Assembly: GCA_041665365.1 (NCBI GenBank)
Contig: JBAYIY010000004.1
Coordinates: 8,610-72,609, forward strand
DNA from: Patescibacteria group bacterium
GTDB lineage: Bacteria; Patescibacteriota; Patescibacteriia; UBA9570
Length of the DNA stretch: 64,000 nucleotides
Direction: 5' to 3'
Position numbers and translations under genes: made by a program. Under the pieces are notes generated by a model. The model saw nothing but the letters and a program-made list of their open reading frames with translations. It was not told where the DNA came from and did no database searches. Positions 49,133-58,897 of this stretch are shown here, piece after piece (positions within the stretch are counted from its first letter, which is position 1; every line of letters begins with the position of its first letter).

Positions 49133-49192
49133 ATGAAAAAAATTATGGTCGGTGAAGGCTGTGACTGCGGCGGAAAATGCGGTTCTTGCTAA
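49133..49192 (+). CDS. Tiny Cys-rich peptide (19 aa: MKKIMVGEGCDCGGKCGSC), not in the ORF track. Possible metal-binding peptide or RiPP precursor.
   Basis: The ATG and stop were counted directly. Six Cys in 10 residues. Lies immediately upstream of a BlaI/CopY-family repressor. Confidence 0.3.
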   Translation: MKKIMVGEGCDCGGKCGSC

Positions 49193-49200
49193 AAGCCTAT

Positions 49201-49226
49201 AACAGGGGTGATTAATCACCCCTGTT
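49201..49226. promoter_or_regulatory. 26-nt perfect palindrome aacaggggtgattaatcacccctgtt between the Cys-peptide ORF and blaI. Candidate operator or terminator.
   Basis: Self-complementary. It shares the TGATTAATCA centre with the 59.6-62.9 kb palindromes. Confidence 0.5.
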
Positions 49227-49231
49227 CTATT

Positions 49232-49609
49232 ATGTTACATACCTTAAAACCATTAGGTGAACTAGAACAACATATCATGGATGTGATGTGGGGTAATGAT
49301 TTTAATACCGTGCGGGCTGTTTATGAATCTATGCAAAACCACCGGGATATTGCTTACACTACAGTGATGACAACGATGGATCGGCTCACCAAAAAAGGTG
49401 TCTTACAACGCGTTAAAGTGGGTAAGGCTTATCAATACAAAACAGCGCAAACCGAAACTGAATTGTGTTTACATACCACTAAAGTTATGATTGACATGTT
49501 GGTCAGTAGATATGGTGATTTAGCCATTGCGCAATTTGTTGATACAGTTGATCAAATTGATCCGAAAAAATTCGCCGCTTTAAAAAAAATCGTCAATGAA
49601 CATCGCTAA
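49232..49609 (+). CDS. BlaI/MecI/CopY-family winged-helix repressor
   Basis: 'LGELEQHIMDVMW...AYTTVMTTMDRLTKKGVL' matches the Penicillinase_R family pattern. Start moved to the ATG at 49232. Confidence 0.75.
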   Translation: MLHTLKPLGELEQHIMDVMWGNDFNTVRAVYESMQNHRDIAYTTVMTTMDRLTKKGVLQRVKVGKAYQYKTAQTETELCLHTTKVMIDMLVSRYGDLAIAQFVDTVDQIDPKKFAALKKIVNEHR

Positions 49610-50477
49610 GGCCATACACCGTTTTCTCATCTCAAATTGCATTTTAGTGCTGACTACTATTTGGTTAACACTTAGTTTGGGTAATGTACTTAAACCATTT
49701 TTGCAAAACATGGTGGATCGATGGTTGGGCTATAAACAAATGTGTGGTTGTGCTAATTACGCTTTGTTTCCAACCGATACCGCCGGACGGTTTGTTCTAG
49801 GAGTATTTATCATCGCCGTCATTGGTTTAATTATTTTTAGTCTTAATGCGATCATTGCTTTTATTCGCACAAAACTTTATCAAACAAAACTATCATCTAA
49901 TCATAAACGTCATACTTTTTATCAAGGTATACAGATAAATTATATTGATAGTAATGAAACGCTAGCCGTTTGTGTTGGTTACATCCGGCCACAGGTTTAT
50001 ATTAGTCGCGGATTAATTGCGCGTTTAGATGGTTTTGAATTGTTAGCCGTCATTCAACATGAAGTGGCGCATGCTAAATCGTTTGATCCTTTAAAACGAT
50101 TATTTATTGGAGCGGTACCAATTTGGTATAAACAATATCAACGTTATGTGACCGCCCAAGAAGTGTTGGCGGATAATGCCGTGGTTAATACTACATCGAT
50201 TCGGTCGGCGTTTGTTAAAGTAGTCGAAGAACTGTGTGTCACACCAGGTGTGTCGGCGTCATTTTTTTCCACCAGTCAGGCACGCATCAATGTTTGGTTG
50301 GGCGAACGGCTTACTTTGCCGAGTAGTCGCAGCGTTGTCATTGGGTTAAGTATCATCATTACCATGTTGTTGTTTAGTTATCGCACGTTTGCGGCCGAGC
50401 CGGAGATGCAGGCTTTTGGGCAATGTTTAACGGAACAAAATATGTGTCGAACCATCATGACCTATGTGGTATCATAG
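49596..50477 (+). CDS. BlaR1/MecR1-like M56 peptidase membrane protein (signal-transducing antirepressor type)
   Basis: Polytopic N-terminus. 'HEVAHAKSFD' HExxH motif. Overlaps the blaI stop. Confidence 0.7.
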   Translation: MNIAKAIHRFLISNCILVLTTIWLTLSLGNVLKPFLQNMVDRWLGYKQMCGCANYALFPTDTAGRFVLGVFIIAVIGLIIFSLNAIIAFIRTKLYQTKLSSNHKRHTFYQGIQINYIDSNETLAVCVGYIRPQVYISRGLIARLDGFELLAVIQHEVAHAKSFDPLKRLFIGAVPIWYKQYQRYVTAQEVLADNAVVNTTSIRSAFVKVVEELCVTPGVSASFFSTSQARINVWLGERLTLPSSRSVVIGLSIIITMLLFSYRTFAAEPEMQAFGQCLTEQNMCRTIMTYVVS

Positions 50478-51147
50478 TTTTGGAAAAGTATTAGCCTTAG
50501 TTATACTGGTGTTTATTTTACTGACTGGTTTATTATTTGGTTTATTGGTGTTTGCGCAATATCGAAATTTACAAAAACCAGTGACTCAAAATACCAACAC
50601 TATTACCAATAATAATTTATATGTCGCTCCCGATGCCGATGATGATCCGTCGCTCGGTAGTCCAGCGGCTAAAGTAACCATCATTGCTTTTGAGGATTTT
50701 CAATGTCCCTTTTGTAAAGAAGCTGAAGCCGCTCTCACAACTACCTTAAACAAATATTCTAACGATATCTATTTTGTCTATCGTGACTTTCCACTTTATA
50801 CCATTCATTTACAAGGTCGAGCTGCGGCGCAGGCGGGGGAATGTGCCGATGAGCAAGGTCAGTTTTGGGTTTGGCACGACATAGCCTATGCTAATCAATC
50901 GGCTCTGACGCAAGCGCCATTAATATTTTCCACATGGGCACAGCAAGCTGGATTAGACGTTACCAAATTTAATACCTGTATCACTAACGATACATATAAA
51001 AATGAGGTGCAGAAGGATATTGATGAAGGTTTTCTGGCTGGCGTTAGCGCTACTCCCACTTGGTTTGTGAATGGTAAAAAATATGAAGGCGTGTTAACCG
51101 AGCAGCAGTGGTCGGATATTATTGAGGCTGCTATAATCCAACCATGA
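50464..51147 (+). CDS. Membrane-anchored DsbA-like thiol:disulfide oxidoreductase (paralog 2)
   Basis: TM anchor. 'CPFC' active site. Confidence 0.75.
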   Translation: MWYHSFGKVLALVILVFILLTGLLFGLLVFAQYRNLQKPVTQNTNTITNNNLYVAPDADDDPSLGSPAAKVTIIAFEDFQCPFCKEAEAALTTTLNKYSNDIYFVYRDFPLYTIHLQGRAAAQAGECADEQGQFWVWHDIAYANQSALTQAPLIFSTWAQQAGLDVTKFNTCITNDTYKNEVQKDIDEGFLAGVSATPTWFVNGKKYEGVLTEQQWSDIIEAAIIQP

Positions 51148-51593
51148 TATATTTAGGTGCCGATCACGGCGGTTTTGCTCTTAAAGAACACCTCAAAACT
51201 GTTCTGAAAAAAAACAATTTAGAGTATGTTGATTTAGGTGCTACAGTGTTTGATCCGGAAGATGATTATCCGGATTATGCTTTTTTAGTAGCCAAAGCCG
51301 TCGCACAAGCACCGGGTGAGCGTAGAGGTGTGTTATGTTGTCGGTCAGCGGCTGGGGTAGTGATTGCGGCTAACAAAGTAATCGGTATCAGGGCAGTAGC
51401 ACCACTTAGTGTTGAAGCAGCTCAACATGCGCGCGAGCATAACGATGCTAATGTGATCGGTTTATCCGGTGACTGGTTGAACGAATCACAAGCATCGGCT
51501 ATTATGGATAAGTTCCTCGCCACACCATTTTCGAATGAGGCACGGCACATTAGACGTTTACAAAAAATTACTCAATTTGAACAACAAGTATGA
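51144..51593 (+). CDS. rpiB: Ribose-5-phosphate isomerase B
   Basis: 'MIYLGADHGGFALKEHL' RpiB/LacAB N-terminus. 149 aa. Confidence 0.85.
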   Translation: MIYLGADHGGFALKEHLKTVLKKNNLEYVDLGATVFDPEDDYPDYAFLVAKAVAQAPGERRGVLCCRSAAGVVIAANKVIGIRAVAPLSVEAAQHAREHNDANVIGLSGDWLNESQASAIMDKFLATPFSNEARHIRRLQKITQFEQQV

Positions 51594-52216
51594 TTACAGT
51601 TTTACCAGCCATTTTAGAAAAAGATGTCGCCACGATTCAACAACGGGTTAATGCCGTGGTGGGCTTAGCTCCAGAAATTCATTTAGATATTATGGATGGT
51701 GAATTTGTTCCTAATGTGACTGTTAATGATCCGGCTATACTGGAACAAATAGATTGGAAAGGTTTACGTGTCTCGTTACATTTAATGATCCGTCATCCGG
51801 AATTGTCGATTCGGCGATGGGCGCAATCGATGGTATCTAGCATTGTGGTGCACCGTGAAGCAGTTAATAATATGGATAATATTATTGAGTTGATTCATGG
51901 TTTAGATAAACAATGTGGAGTAGCTCTTAACCCCCATACTCCTAGTTATGATGTAATTGATTATCTTGAGAAGCTTGATTTAGTGATGATTATGGGTGTA
52001 GAACCGGGTTTTGCCGCCCAAGGTTTTAACAGTGATGTTTTAGAAAAAATCAAATATCTACACACCCAAAAACCGAATTTACCAATTGCCGTGGATGGTG
52101 GTGTGAATGATCAATCGAAACCCAGTATAGTCAAAGCCGGAGCTAATATTTTATGTGCTAATAGTTATTTATTTAAAGCTAACGATATCGCAACCGCCTA
52201 TGCATCCCTTAGATAA
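51590..52216 (+). CDS. rpe: Ribulose-phosphate 3-epimerase
   Basis: 'HLDIMDGEFVPN', 'MIMGVEPGFAAQ'. Confidence 0.85.
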   Translation: MITVLPAILEKDVATIQQRVNAVVGLAPEIHLDIMDGEFVPNVTVNDPAILEQIDWKGLRVSLHLMIRHPELSIRRWAQSMVSSIVVHREAVNNMDNIIELIHGLDKQCGVALNPHTPSYDVIDYLEKLDLVMIMGVEPGFAAQGFNSDVLEKIKYLHTQKPNLPIAVDGGVNDQSKPSIVKAGANILCANSYLFKANDIATAYASLR

Positions 52217-53003
52217 AACCGCCAAACTCATTCGTCAAGACATTTTAAAATCTTTAAATGCCGCCGGTTCTGGCCATTCAGCTGGGCCGCTCGGCATGGC
52301 TGATGTTTTTACAGCTTTGTTTTTTAAAGTCGCTAATATTCGTCCAACTGAAACAGACTGGCCGGAGCGTGATCGTATCTTGTTATCCAACGGCCATATT
52401 TGCCCCGTACTATATGCCACCATGGCACACGCCGGATATTTTCCGGTGGAAGAATTGATGACGCTGCGTAAATTGGGTAGTAGATTACAAGGGCATCCCC
52501 ATCGCACAGATTTACCGGGTTTGGATTCCACTAGTGGTCCATTAGGTTCAGGCACATCGCAAGCCGCCGGTATGGCGTTAGGTTTTAAAATGAATAAAAC
52601 CCCGCAACATGTGTGGTGTTTAACCAGTGATGGCGAGCAACAAGAAGGCAACACCTGGGAGGGAGTGATGTTTGCCGCGGCCAAAAAACTTGATAATCTC
52701 ACTGTCATCATGGATCGAAATTATATTCAGATTGATGGTAATACCGAAGATGTTATGCCGCTTGATCCATTGGCCGATAAGTATCGCGCGTTTAATTGGA
52801 ATGTATTGGAAGTTGATGGCCACGATATTGAGGCGGTAATTTCCATCATGGAGCAAAGTAAACACCTAAATCAAGCCCCGACTTTAATAATTGCTAATGT
52901 CATACCAGGTAAAGGAGTTAGCTTTATTGAAAATGATTATATTTGGCATGGTAAAGCCCCATCCAATGATGAATTAACTCGCGCTCTAAAAGAATTAGCC
53001 TAA
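52200..53003 (+). CDS. tkt: Transketolase, N-terminal (TPP-binding) subunit
   Basis: 'GSGHSAGPLGMADV' and the TPP-binding 'GDG' region ('LTSDGEQQEGNTWE'). Split-transketolase arrangement. Confidence 0.85.
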   Translation: MHPLDKTAKLIRQDILKSLNAAGSGHSAGPLGMADVFTALFFKVANIRPTETDWPERDRILLSNGHICPVLYATMAHAGYFPVEELMTLRKLGSRLQGHPHRTDLPGLDSTSGPLGSGTSQAAGMALGFKMNKTPQHVWCLTSDGEQQEGNTWEGVMFAAAKKLDNLTVIMDRNYIQIDGNTEDVMPLDPLADKYRAFNWNVLEVDGHDIEAVISIMEQSKHLNQAPTLIIANVIPGKGVSFIENDYIWHGKAPSNDELTRALKELA

Positions 53004-53007
53004 ATTT

Positions 53008-53997
53008 ATGCCAATTGTATCTTCAGCTCATTTAGTAGAAAACATTTTTGATCCTAAAGCTATTAAATATACCGGGACGCGGGATGGTTACGGTTCGGCG
53101 TTAGTAGAGTTAGGTAAACAAGATGATCGGGTAGTGGTATTGTGTGCTGATTTAAGTGAATCCACTCGCTCACATTTATTTCAACAAGCTTACCCAGAGC
53201 GTTATGTGCAAATCGGTGTGGCTGAACAGAATTTGATAACAGTGGGCGCGGGTTTAGCGGCTGTTGGTAAAGTGCCGTACATGGCGTCTTATGCCGCGTT
53301 TTCACCGGGCCGCTGTTGGGAACAAATTCGTACCACCTTTGGTTATAATAATTTACATGGCATTGTAGCTGGAGCACATGCTGGTGTGTCTGTTGGGCCA
53401 GATGGGGCTACTCATCAAGCGGTTGAGGATATTGCCACGATGCGTACCATTGCGCGCGCCACTGTGTTAGTACCCAGCGATAGTATTAGAGCTCATCAAG
53501 CGACCATGGCTACTATTACTGAACCGCATTTATGGTATATCCGTTTCGGACGTGATAAATACCCAATTTTTACTACTAATCAAACCCCTTTTACGGTGGG
53601 TAAAGCCGAAGTGTTTTATACCGGTGATGATGTGACCGTGATAGCCTGTGGACCGTTAGTATATGAAGCGTTGTTAGCAGCTAAAGAATTAGAAGCTCAA
53701 GGGATTGGCGTAGAAGTGATCGATGCTACTACAGTGAAACCACTGGATGTTGAAACAATTGTAAAATCTGTTAGAAAAACTCGGGCTGTTGTCACCGCCG
53801 AAGAGGCTAGTGTGATTGGTGGGCTAGGCGGCGCTGTGGCGGAAACATTAGCCAAACATTATCCCGCGCCGATTGAGTTTATTGGTATGCAAGATCGTTA
53901 CGGTGAATCCGGTACGGCCGACGAATTAATGACCATCTGTCACATGAAACAAGCCGATATCGTGGCCGCTATTCACACTGTGCTGAAACGTAAATGA
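53008..53997 (+). CDS. tkt: Transketolase, C-terminal (pyrimidine-binding) subunit
   Basis: Transketolase pyrimidine-binding and C-terminal domains. Directly follows the N-terminal subunit. Confidence 0.85.
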   Translation: MPIVSSAHLVENIFDPKAIKYTGTRDGYGSALVELGKQDDRVVVLCADLSESTRSHLFQQAYPERYVQIGVAEQNLITVGAGLAAVGKVPYMASYAAFSPGRCWEQIRTTFGYNNLHGIVAGAHAGVSVGPDGATHQAVEDIATMRTIARATVLVPSDSIRAHQATMATITEPHLWYIRFGRDKYPIFTTNQTPFTVGKAEVFYTGDDVTVIACGPLVYEALLAAKELEAQGIGVEVIDATTVKPLDVETIVKSVRKTRAVVTAEEASVIGGLGGAVAETLAKHYPAPIEFIGMQDRYGESGTADELMTICHMKQADIVAAIHTVLKRK

Positions 53998-54764
53998 CGC
54001 AGCTTGATCGTTTTATAAAACAAATAATATTTCAAGCCGGTAAAAGTGTTCGGAAAAATTATGGTGTCATCACAACCGGCACGGCCAAAACTTCACAACA
54101 TGACATTGTCACTGAGGCGGATTATGCATCAGAAAGAATTTTGATTTCAGCGATTCGAAAAAAATTTCCCTATCATAATATTCTCAGTGAAGAGAGTGGT
54201 GAGTTACGGGGTAAAAGTCAGTACACTTGGATTATTGATCCAATTGATGGCACCAGTAATTTTGCACGCCAAATACCTTTGTTTGGTATTATTGTGGCTT
54301 TAGTAAAAAATAATACCGTGACACACGGCGCGATTTACGACCCAATTCACGATGAGTACTATTATGCTAAACGAAAACACGGAAGTTACTGTAATGGTCG
54401 AAAAATTCATGTCAGCCAAGTAACCAGATTAGAAGATATGGTAGTAACCATTAGTAATGTGCGCCTGCGGAGTTCGTTGGAACAATTTGCCCATTGGCGT
54501 TCGTTGCTCGCTTTACATACCACCTATTACAAATCATTTGGCTCGGCGGCACAAACTTTCATGGCTTTAGCGTCAGGTAAAATTGACGCTTATATGATCG
54601 GTGGAGCTTACCCATGGGATATAGCCGCCGGTGGGTTGTTGGTGCAAGAAGCTGGTGGTATTATTACTCAACTAGATGGACGCACCTGGGATTGGCGTGA
54701 CAATAATCAACATATTTTAGCTACCAATAAATCATTACATAAACAACTAGTCAATATTTTATGA
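53994..54764 (+). CDS. Inositol monophosphatase family protein (IMPase/FBPase superfamily)
   Basis: 'WIIDPIDGTSNF' metal-binding motif. 'WDIAAG'. Confidence 0.8.
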   Translation: MTQLDRFIKQIIFQAGKSVRKNYGVITTGTAKTSQHDIVTEADYASERILISAIRKKFPYHNILSEESGELRGKSQYTWIIDPIDGTSNFARQIPLFGIIVALVKNNTVTHGAIYDPIHDEYYYAKRKHGSYCNGRKIHVSQVTRLEDMVVTISNVRLRSSLEQFAHWRSLLALHTTYYKSFGSAAQTFMALASGKIDAYMIGGAYPWDIAAGGLLVQEAGGIITQLDGRTWDWRDNNQHILATNKSLHKQLVNIL

Positions 54765-55714
54765 AAATATTTATCACCCGCCCGATTCCCGGTAGTGCTC
54801 TCAACATCATCAATACATTGGGGACAGTAAAATTAAGAAACAAAGATAGTGTGATTTCACGTCGTGAGCTTGAAGCCGGCGTGAAAGATTGTGATATTCT
54901 CGTACCTATCCTCACCGATAAAATTGATGATGCCTTATTATCTCAAGCACCCCGTTTAAAATTGATCGCCAATTATGGCGCTGGGTATAATAATATTGAT
55001 ATCGTGGCAGCTAAGAAACATGGTGTGGCTGTGACTAATACACCCGGTGTCCTCACAGAAACAACCGCCGAACTGACAGTGGCCTTAATGTTGGCAGTGT
55101 CTCGCCGCTTGGTAGAAACTGATGGCATTATGCGGGCAGGTAAGTATCCGGGTTGGGGACCAATGATGTATTTAGGACACGGCATTTCTGGTAAGACATT
55201 AGGTGTGATTGGCATGGGTCGAGTTGGTACCCGTGTGGCTGAAATTGCGCATCACGGTTTTGGTATGCATGTGTTGTATTACACCAAACGAAAAGAGCGG
55301 GAAGTAGAATTATCATTGGGGGCAAAAAAAGTTAGTTTAAATACACTCTTAAAAAAATCCGACGTGGTGTCTTTACATGTCCCGTTATTGCCCAATACGC
55401 AACATTTGATCGGTAAAAAACAGTTAGCCCTAATGAAATCATCAGCGTATTTAATAAACACGTCACGTGGTCCCGTAGTAGATGAAGTGGCTTTAGTACA
55501 AGCCTTAAAATCGAAACAGATCGCTGGTGCTGGTTTGGATGTTTATGAAAAAGAACCAGCTATGGTACCCGGTTTAGCCAAATTATCTAACGCTGTTTTA
55601 TTACCGCATATCGGTTCGGCCACCATTGATACCCGCACTGCTATGGCCATGGTAGTAGCAAAAAATATTAAGGCGTTTGTCCGTGGAAAAAAATTACCCA
55701 ATCAAGTTGCTTAA
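54761..55714 (+). CDS. D-isomer-specific 2-hydroxyacid dehydrogenase (hydroxypyruvate/glyoxylate reductase or PGDH-like)
   Basis: 'GVIGMGRVG' NAD Rossmann motif. Catalytic 'R...E...H' arrangement typical of 2-Hacid_dh. Confidence 0.8.
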   Translation: MKIFITRPIPGSALNIINTLGTVKLRNKDSVISRRELEAGVKDCDILVPILTDKIDDALLSQAPRLKLIANYGAGYNNIDIVAAKKHGVAVTNTPGVLTETTAELTVALMLAVSRRLVETDGIMRAGKYPGWGPMMYLGHGISGKTLGVIGMGRVGTRVAEIAHHGFGMHVLYYTKRKEREVELSLGAKKVSLNTLLKKSDVVSLHVPLLPNTQHLIGKKQLALMKSSAYLINTSRGPVVDEVALVQALKSKQIAGAGLDVYEKEPAMVPGLAKLSNAVLLPHIGSATIDTRTAMAMVVAKNIKAFVRGKKLPNQVA

Positions 55715-56939
55715 ACAGTTAGCTCAAGCAACTTTACGAGCTTTGCAGCCTGAGCAAATGGTTAAGGTTAATTTACCAAAATTAGGTGTTTATAAACATA
55801 TTTATGTCATTGGTGCCGGTAAGGCCACTTTTGGCATGGCGGTACAAATTAATAAAATGCTCGGCAAAAAGATTACCGCCGGTTATATAAATGTACCAGG
55901 CAATAGCCAACAGGCAATAGGGAAAATTATTGTACAGACGGGGTCACATCCGTTTCCAGATCAAAATACAGTACAAGCTAGTAACAATATATTGAAATTA
56001 GTACGATCTGCTGGAAAAAATGATTTAGTAATTGGCTTGTGGAGTGGGGGAGGGTCGAGTTTGTTTACTATTCCGCGGGCAGGTATCACTTTGCCACAAC
56101 AAGTTGAACTCACTAAAAAATTAATGAGAGCCGGGGCGGATATTATTGAGTTGAACACTGTGCGTAAACATATTTCACAGGTTAAAGGTGGGCAATTAGC
56201 CGCAGTGTGTTCTGCAGCGATGTTGAATTTGATTATTTCTGACGTGATTGGTGACCCGCTAGATGTTATCGCCTCAGGCCCTACCGTGGCGGATGCATCT
56301 ACCACTAAACAAGCCAGGCAAATTCTAAAAAAATATCATATCTATAATAAACCGTTAGAAAAAATTATCTTATTAGAAACTCCTAAAAAGATAAATTCAA
56401 AAAAAGTAAAGAATATCCTAATCGGTTCAAATAAAATTGCTTTAAATTATTTAGTTAAACTAGCCAAACAGAAACAGATCACACCGGTTATTATAACCGA
56501 TCGTTTATCTGGAGAAGCTAGAATTGTAGCTAAGAGATTGTGTCGTTATGCTAAAAAGATTCAAGCTATTAAACAGTTACCGGTTTTATTATTAGCCGGT
56601 GGTGAAACTACAGTGACGGTAAAAGGCAACGGTTATGGTGGGCGTAATCAAGAATTAGTATTGGCGGCTTTACCGCATTTGGCACCCGGTATCAGCCTAT
56701 TATCATTGGCCACCGACGGGGTTGATGGTTTTACACCTAAACCGGTCGCTGCCGCCTTTGGGACGTTTATTGGTGGTAAAGACGCGATTAATCGCGTCTT
56801 TACCACCAATAAATTTTTGGATAATCACGATTCCTATACAATCTTAAACAAATTGCACCAATTATTGTTTACCGGACCAACTGGTACCAATGTGGGGGAT
56901 ATCGTGCTGTTGTTGGTTGAAAAACCCCCAGTCCTGTGA
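55677..56939 (+). CDS. Glycerate 2-kinase (MOFRL family)
   Basis: 'LVIGLWSGGGSSLF' and 'LLAGGETTVTVKGNGYGGRNQE' are MOFRL/GckA hallmarks. Confidence 0.7.
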   Translation: MSVEKNYPIKLLKQLAQATLRALQPEQMVKVNLPKLGVYKHIYVIGAGKATFGMAVQINKMLGKKITAGYINVPGNSQQAIGKIIVQTGSHPFPDQNTVQASNNILKLVRSAGKNDLVIGLWSGGGSSLFTIPRAGITLPQQVELTKKLMRAGADIIELNTVRKHISQVKGGQLAAVCSAAMLNLIISDVIGDPLDVIASGPTVADASTTKQARQILKKYHIYNKPLEKIILLETPKKINSKKVKNILIGSNKIALNYLVKLAKQKQITPVIITDRLSGEARIVAKRLCRYAKKIQAIKQLPVLLLAGGETTVTVKGNGYGGRNQELVLAALPHLAPGISLLSLATDGVDGFTPKPVAAAFGTFIGGKDAINRVFTTNKFLDNHDSYTILNKLHQLLFTGPTGTNVGDIVLLLVEKPPVL

Positions 56940-56971
56940 TACCATAGACACATAATAAATTATTTACATAT

Positions 56972-58153
56972 ATGAATTTTGCCAATCGAATTTCACGTTT
57001 AGGTACAGAACAGGCGTTTCACGTTTTAGCTCGCGCTAAAGACGCTGAGCGTCAAGGCAGGGATATGATCCACATGGAAATTGGTGATACCGATTTTCCC
57101 ACACCCCAACCAATTGTTGAGGCAGCCATTCAGGCGTTGCGCGATAATAAAACGAAATATCTACCGTCAGCTGGTTTAATGGAGTTGCGGGAGGTGCTGG
57201 CCGAACAAATGTCAGCCTCGCGTAATATTTCCGCCAAACCGGAAGAGATGGTGGTTACACCTGGTGGTAAACCGATGATTTTTTATACCCTGTTAGCCAT
57301 GGTAAATGAAGGCGACGAAGTAATTTATCCCAACCCAGGTTTTCCCACCTATGAGTCAGTGATCAATTTTATTGGAGCTAAACCAGTGGCGTTAGAAATG
57401 AAAGGGGAGAACGGTTTCAATTTTGATGTGGAAGAATTACGCAGAGTTGCCAATAAAAATACTAAATTGATTATTGTTAACTCACCGCAAAACCCCACTG
57501 GTGGCATTTTAACGCATGAATCACTCCAAGCCATTGTCGATGTAGCCAAACAATATGATGCCATGATTTTTGCCGATGAAGTTTATTCAGAATTAGTCTT
57601 TGAAGGTAAATTTGAAAGTATTCTCAGTATTCCCGGTGCCCGTGAGCGTACCATTGTGTTGGATGCTTACACTAAAACTTTTTCCATGAGTGGCTGGCGC
57701 TGCGGTTATGGTTTATGCCCAAATAAGGCCACCGCTGATGTGATTGCTAATTTGATAAACAATACCGTATCTTGTTCAGCCAACTTTGTGCAATGGGCCG
57801 GTATTGCTGCCTGGAAAGATCCTAGTATGCCAGAAGCGGTAGCCAAAATGCGCGAGGAATTAAAGAAACGCCGTGATGTGCTCTACGCTGGTTTAGAAAA
57901 CCTTGATGGTGTGTCGTGCCATTTACCACAAGGCGCCATTTATTTATTCCCGGATATTACCGGTACCGGGCGTAGTAGCCAAGATGTGTATAACTTTATG
58001 TTTGATGAAGCCAATATTGCTGTGTTACCCGGCACATCCTTTGGCCGGTTTGGTGAGGGATACATTAGATTATCGTTTGCCAACAATGCCGTACCCAGAA
58101 TTGAACAAGCCATTGCTCGCTTAGAAAAGGTCTGGCCAAAACTCATCGGCTAA
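56972..58153 (+). CDS. Class I/II PLP-dependent aminotransferase (aspartate/aromatic family)
   Basis: 'YTKTFSMSGWRCGY' Lys-containing PLP motif. 393 aa. Confidence 0.8.
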   Translation: MNFANRISRLGTEQAFHVLARAKDAERQGRDMIHMEIGDTDFPTPQPIVEAAIQALRDNKTKYLPSAGLMELREVLAEQMSASRNISAKPEEMVVTPGGKPMIFYTLLAMVNEGDEVIYPNPGFPTYESVINFIGAKPVALEMKGENGFNFDVEELRRVANKNTKLIIVNSPQNPTGGILTHESLQAIVDVAKQYDAMIFADEVYSELVFEGKFESILSIPGARERTIVLDAYTKTFSMSGWRCGYGLCPNKATADVIANLINNTVSCSANFVQWAGIAAWKDPSMPEAVAKMREELKKRRDVLYAGLENLDGVSCHLPQGAIYLFPDITGTGRSSQDVYNFMFDEANIAVLPGTSFGRFGEGYIRLSFANNAVPRIEQAIARLEKVWPKLIG

Positions 58154-58157
58154 ATAT

Positions 58158-58895
58158 ATGCCCGAAGAGCATTTTTTTACCGCCCACACTAGTGCCCGTT
58201 TAACCTTTATTGTTGGCATTGTGATTGGTATGGTGATAATGACGGCTACCGGGTTTGGTTTTTTTGCCTATGTGTTTTCGGGTGGTGAAATAACAAGTTA
58301 TGCTATTGCGCCGTTAGATACGGAGAGTCAAATTCTCACCGAACCAATCACTCAAGTAATTGAACAAACCTCGACAGACATTTCTGGTGCTGACAACCAA
58401 ATTTTTGGTGCCAAAGAAAATTACACTATCACGCTGGTACAATATGTTGATTATGAATGTCGCTTCTGTAAAAAGTTTTTTCCGGATGTCGTGGCTTTAA
58501 CCAATGACCATAGTGATTCAGTCCGGTTAATAATAAAACAGTATCCACTGGTACAAATTCATCCTCGAGCCAAAGCGGCTAGTAGTGCAGCCACCTGTGC
58601 CGCTGCCCAAAATAAACTACTTGAGTACAGTACCGCCCTGTATGAACACCAAGCTGATTTATCCAGTGATGTTTTATTATCTTTAGCTAAAGACCAACAG
58701 TTAGATGAAAGTCAATTTAAAACTTGTCTCACTAGTAGTGCTACACTAAAACAATTAGAATCCGATGCTCAGGAGGCAAAAATTTTGGGTATTAAAACCC
58801 AACCGAATTTATTGATTATTAATAATAATGGCGATAAACAATTAATTGATGGTTACGTCAATAAAGATTATTTAGTGGGTGTGTTAGGCTTGTAA
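58158..58895 (+). CDS. Membrane-anchored DsbA-like thiol:disulfide oxidoreductase (paralog 3)
   Basis: TM anchor. 'CRFC' active site. Confidence 0.7.
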   Translation: MPEEHFFTAHTSARLTFIVGIVIGMVIMTATGFGFFAYVFSGGEITSYAIAPLDTESQILTEPITQVIEQTSTDISGADNQIFGAKENYTITLVQYVDYECRFCKKFFPDVVALTNDHSDSVRLIIKQYPLVQIHPRAKAASSAATCAAAQNKLLEYSTALYEHQADLSSDVLLSLAKDQQLDESQFKTCLTSSATLKQLESDAQEAKILGIKTQPNLLIINNNGDKQLIDGYVNKDYLVGVLGL

Positions 58896-58897
58896 AT

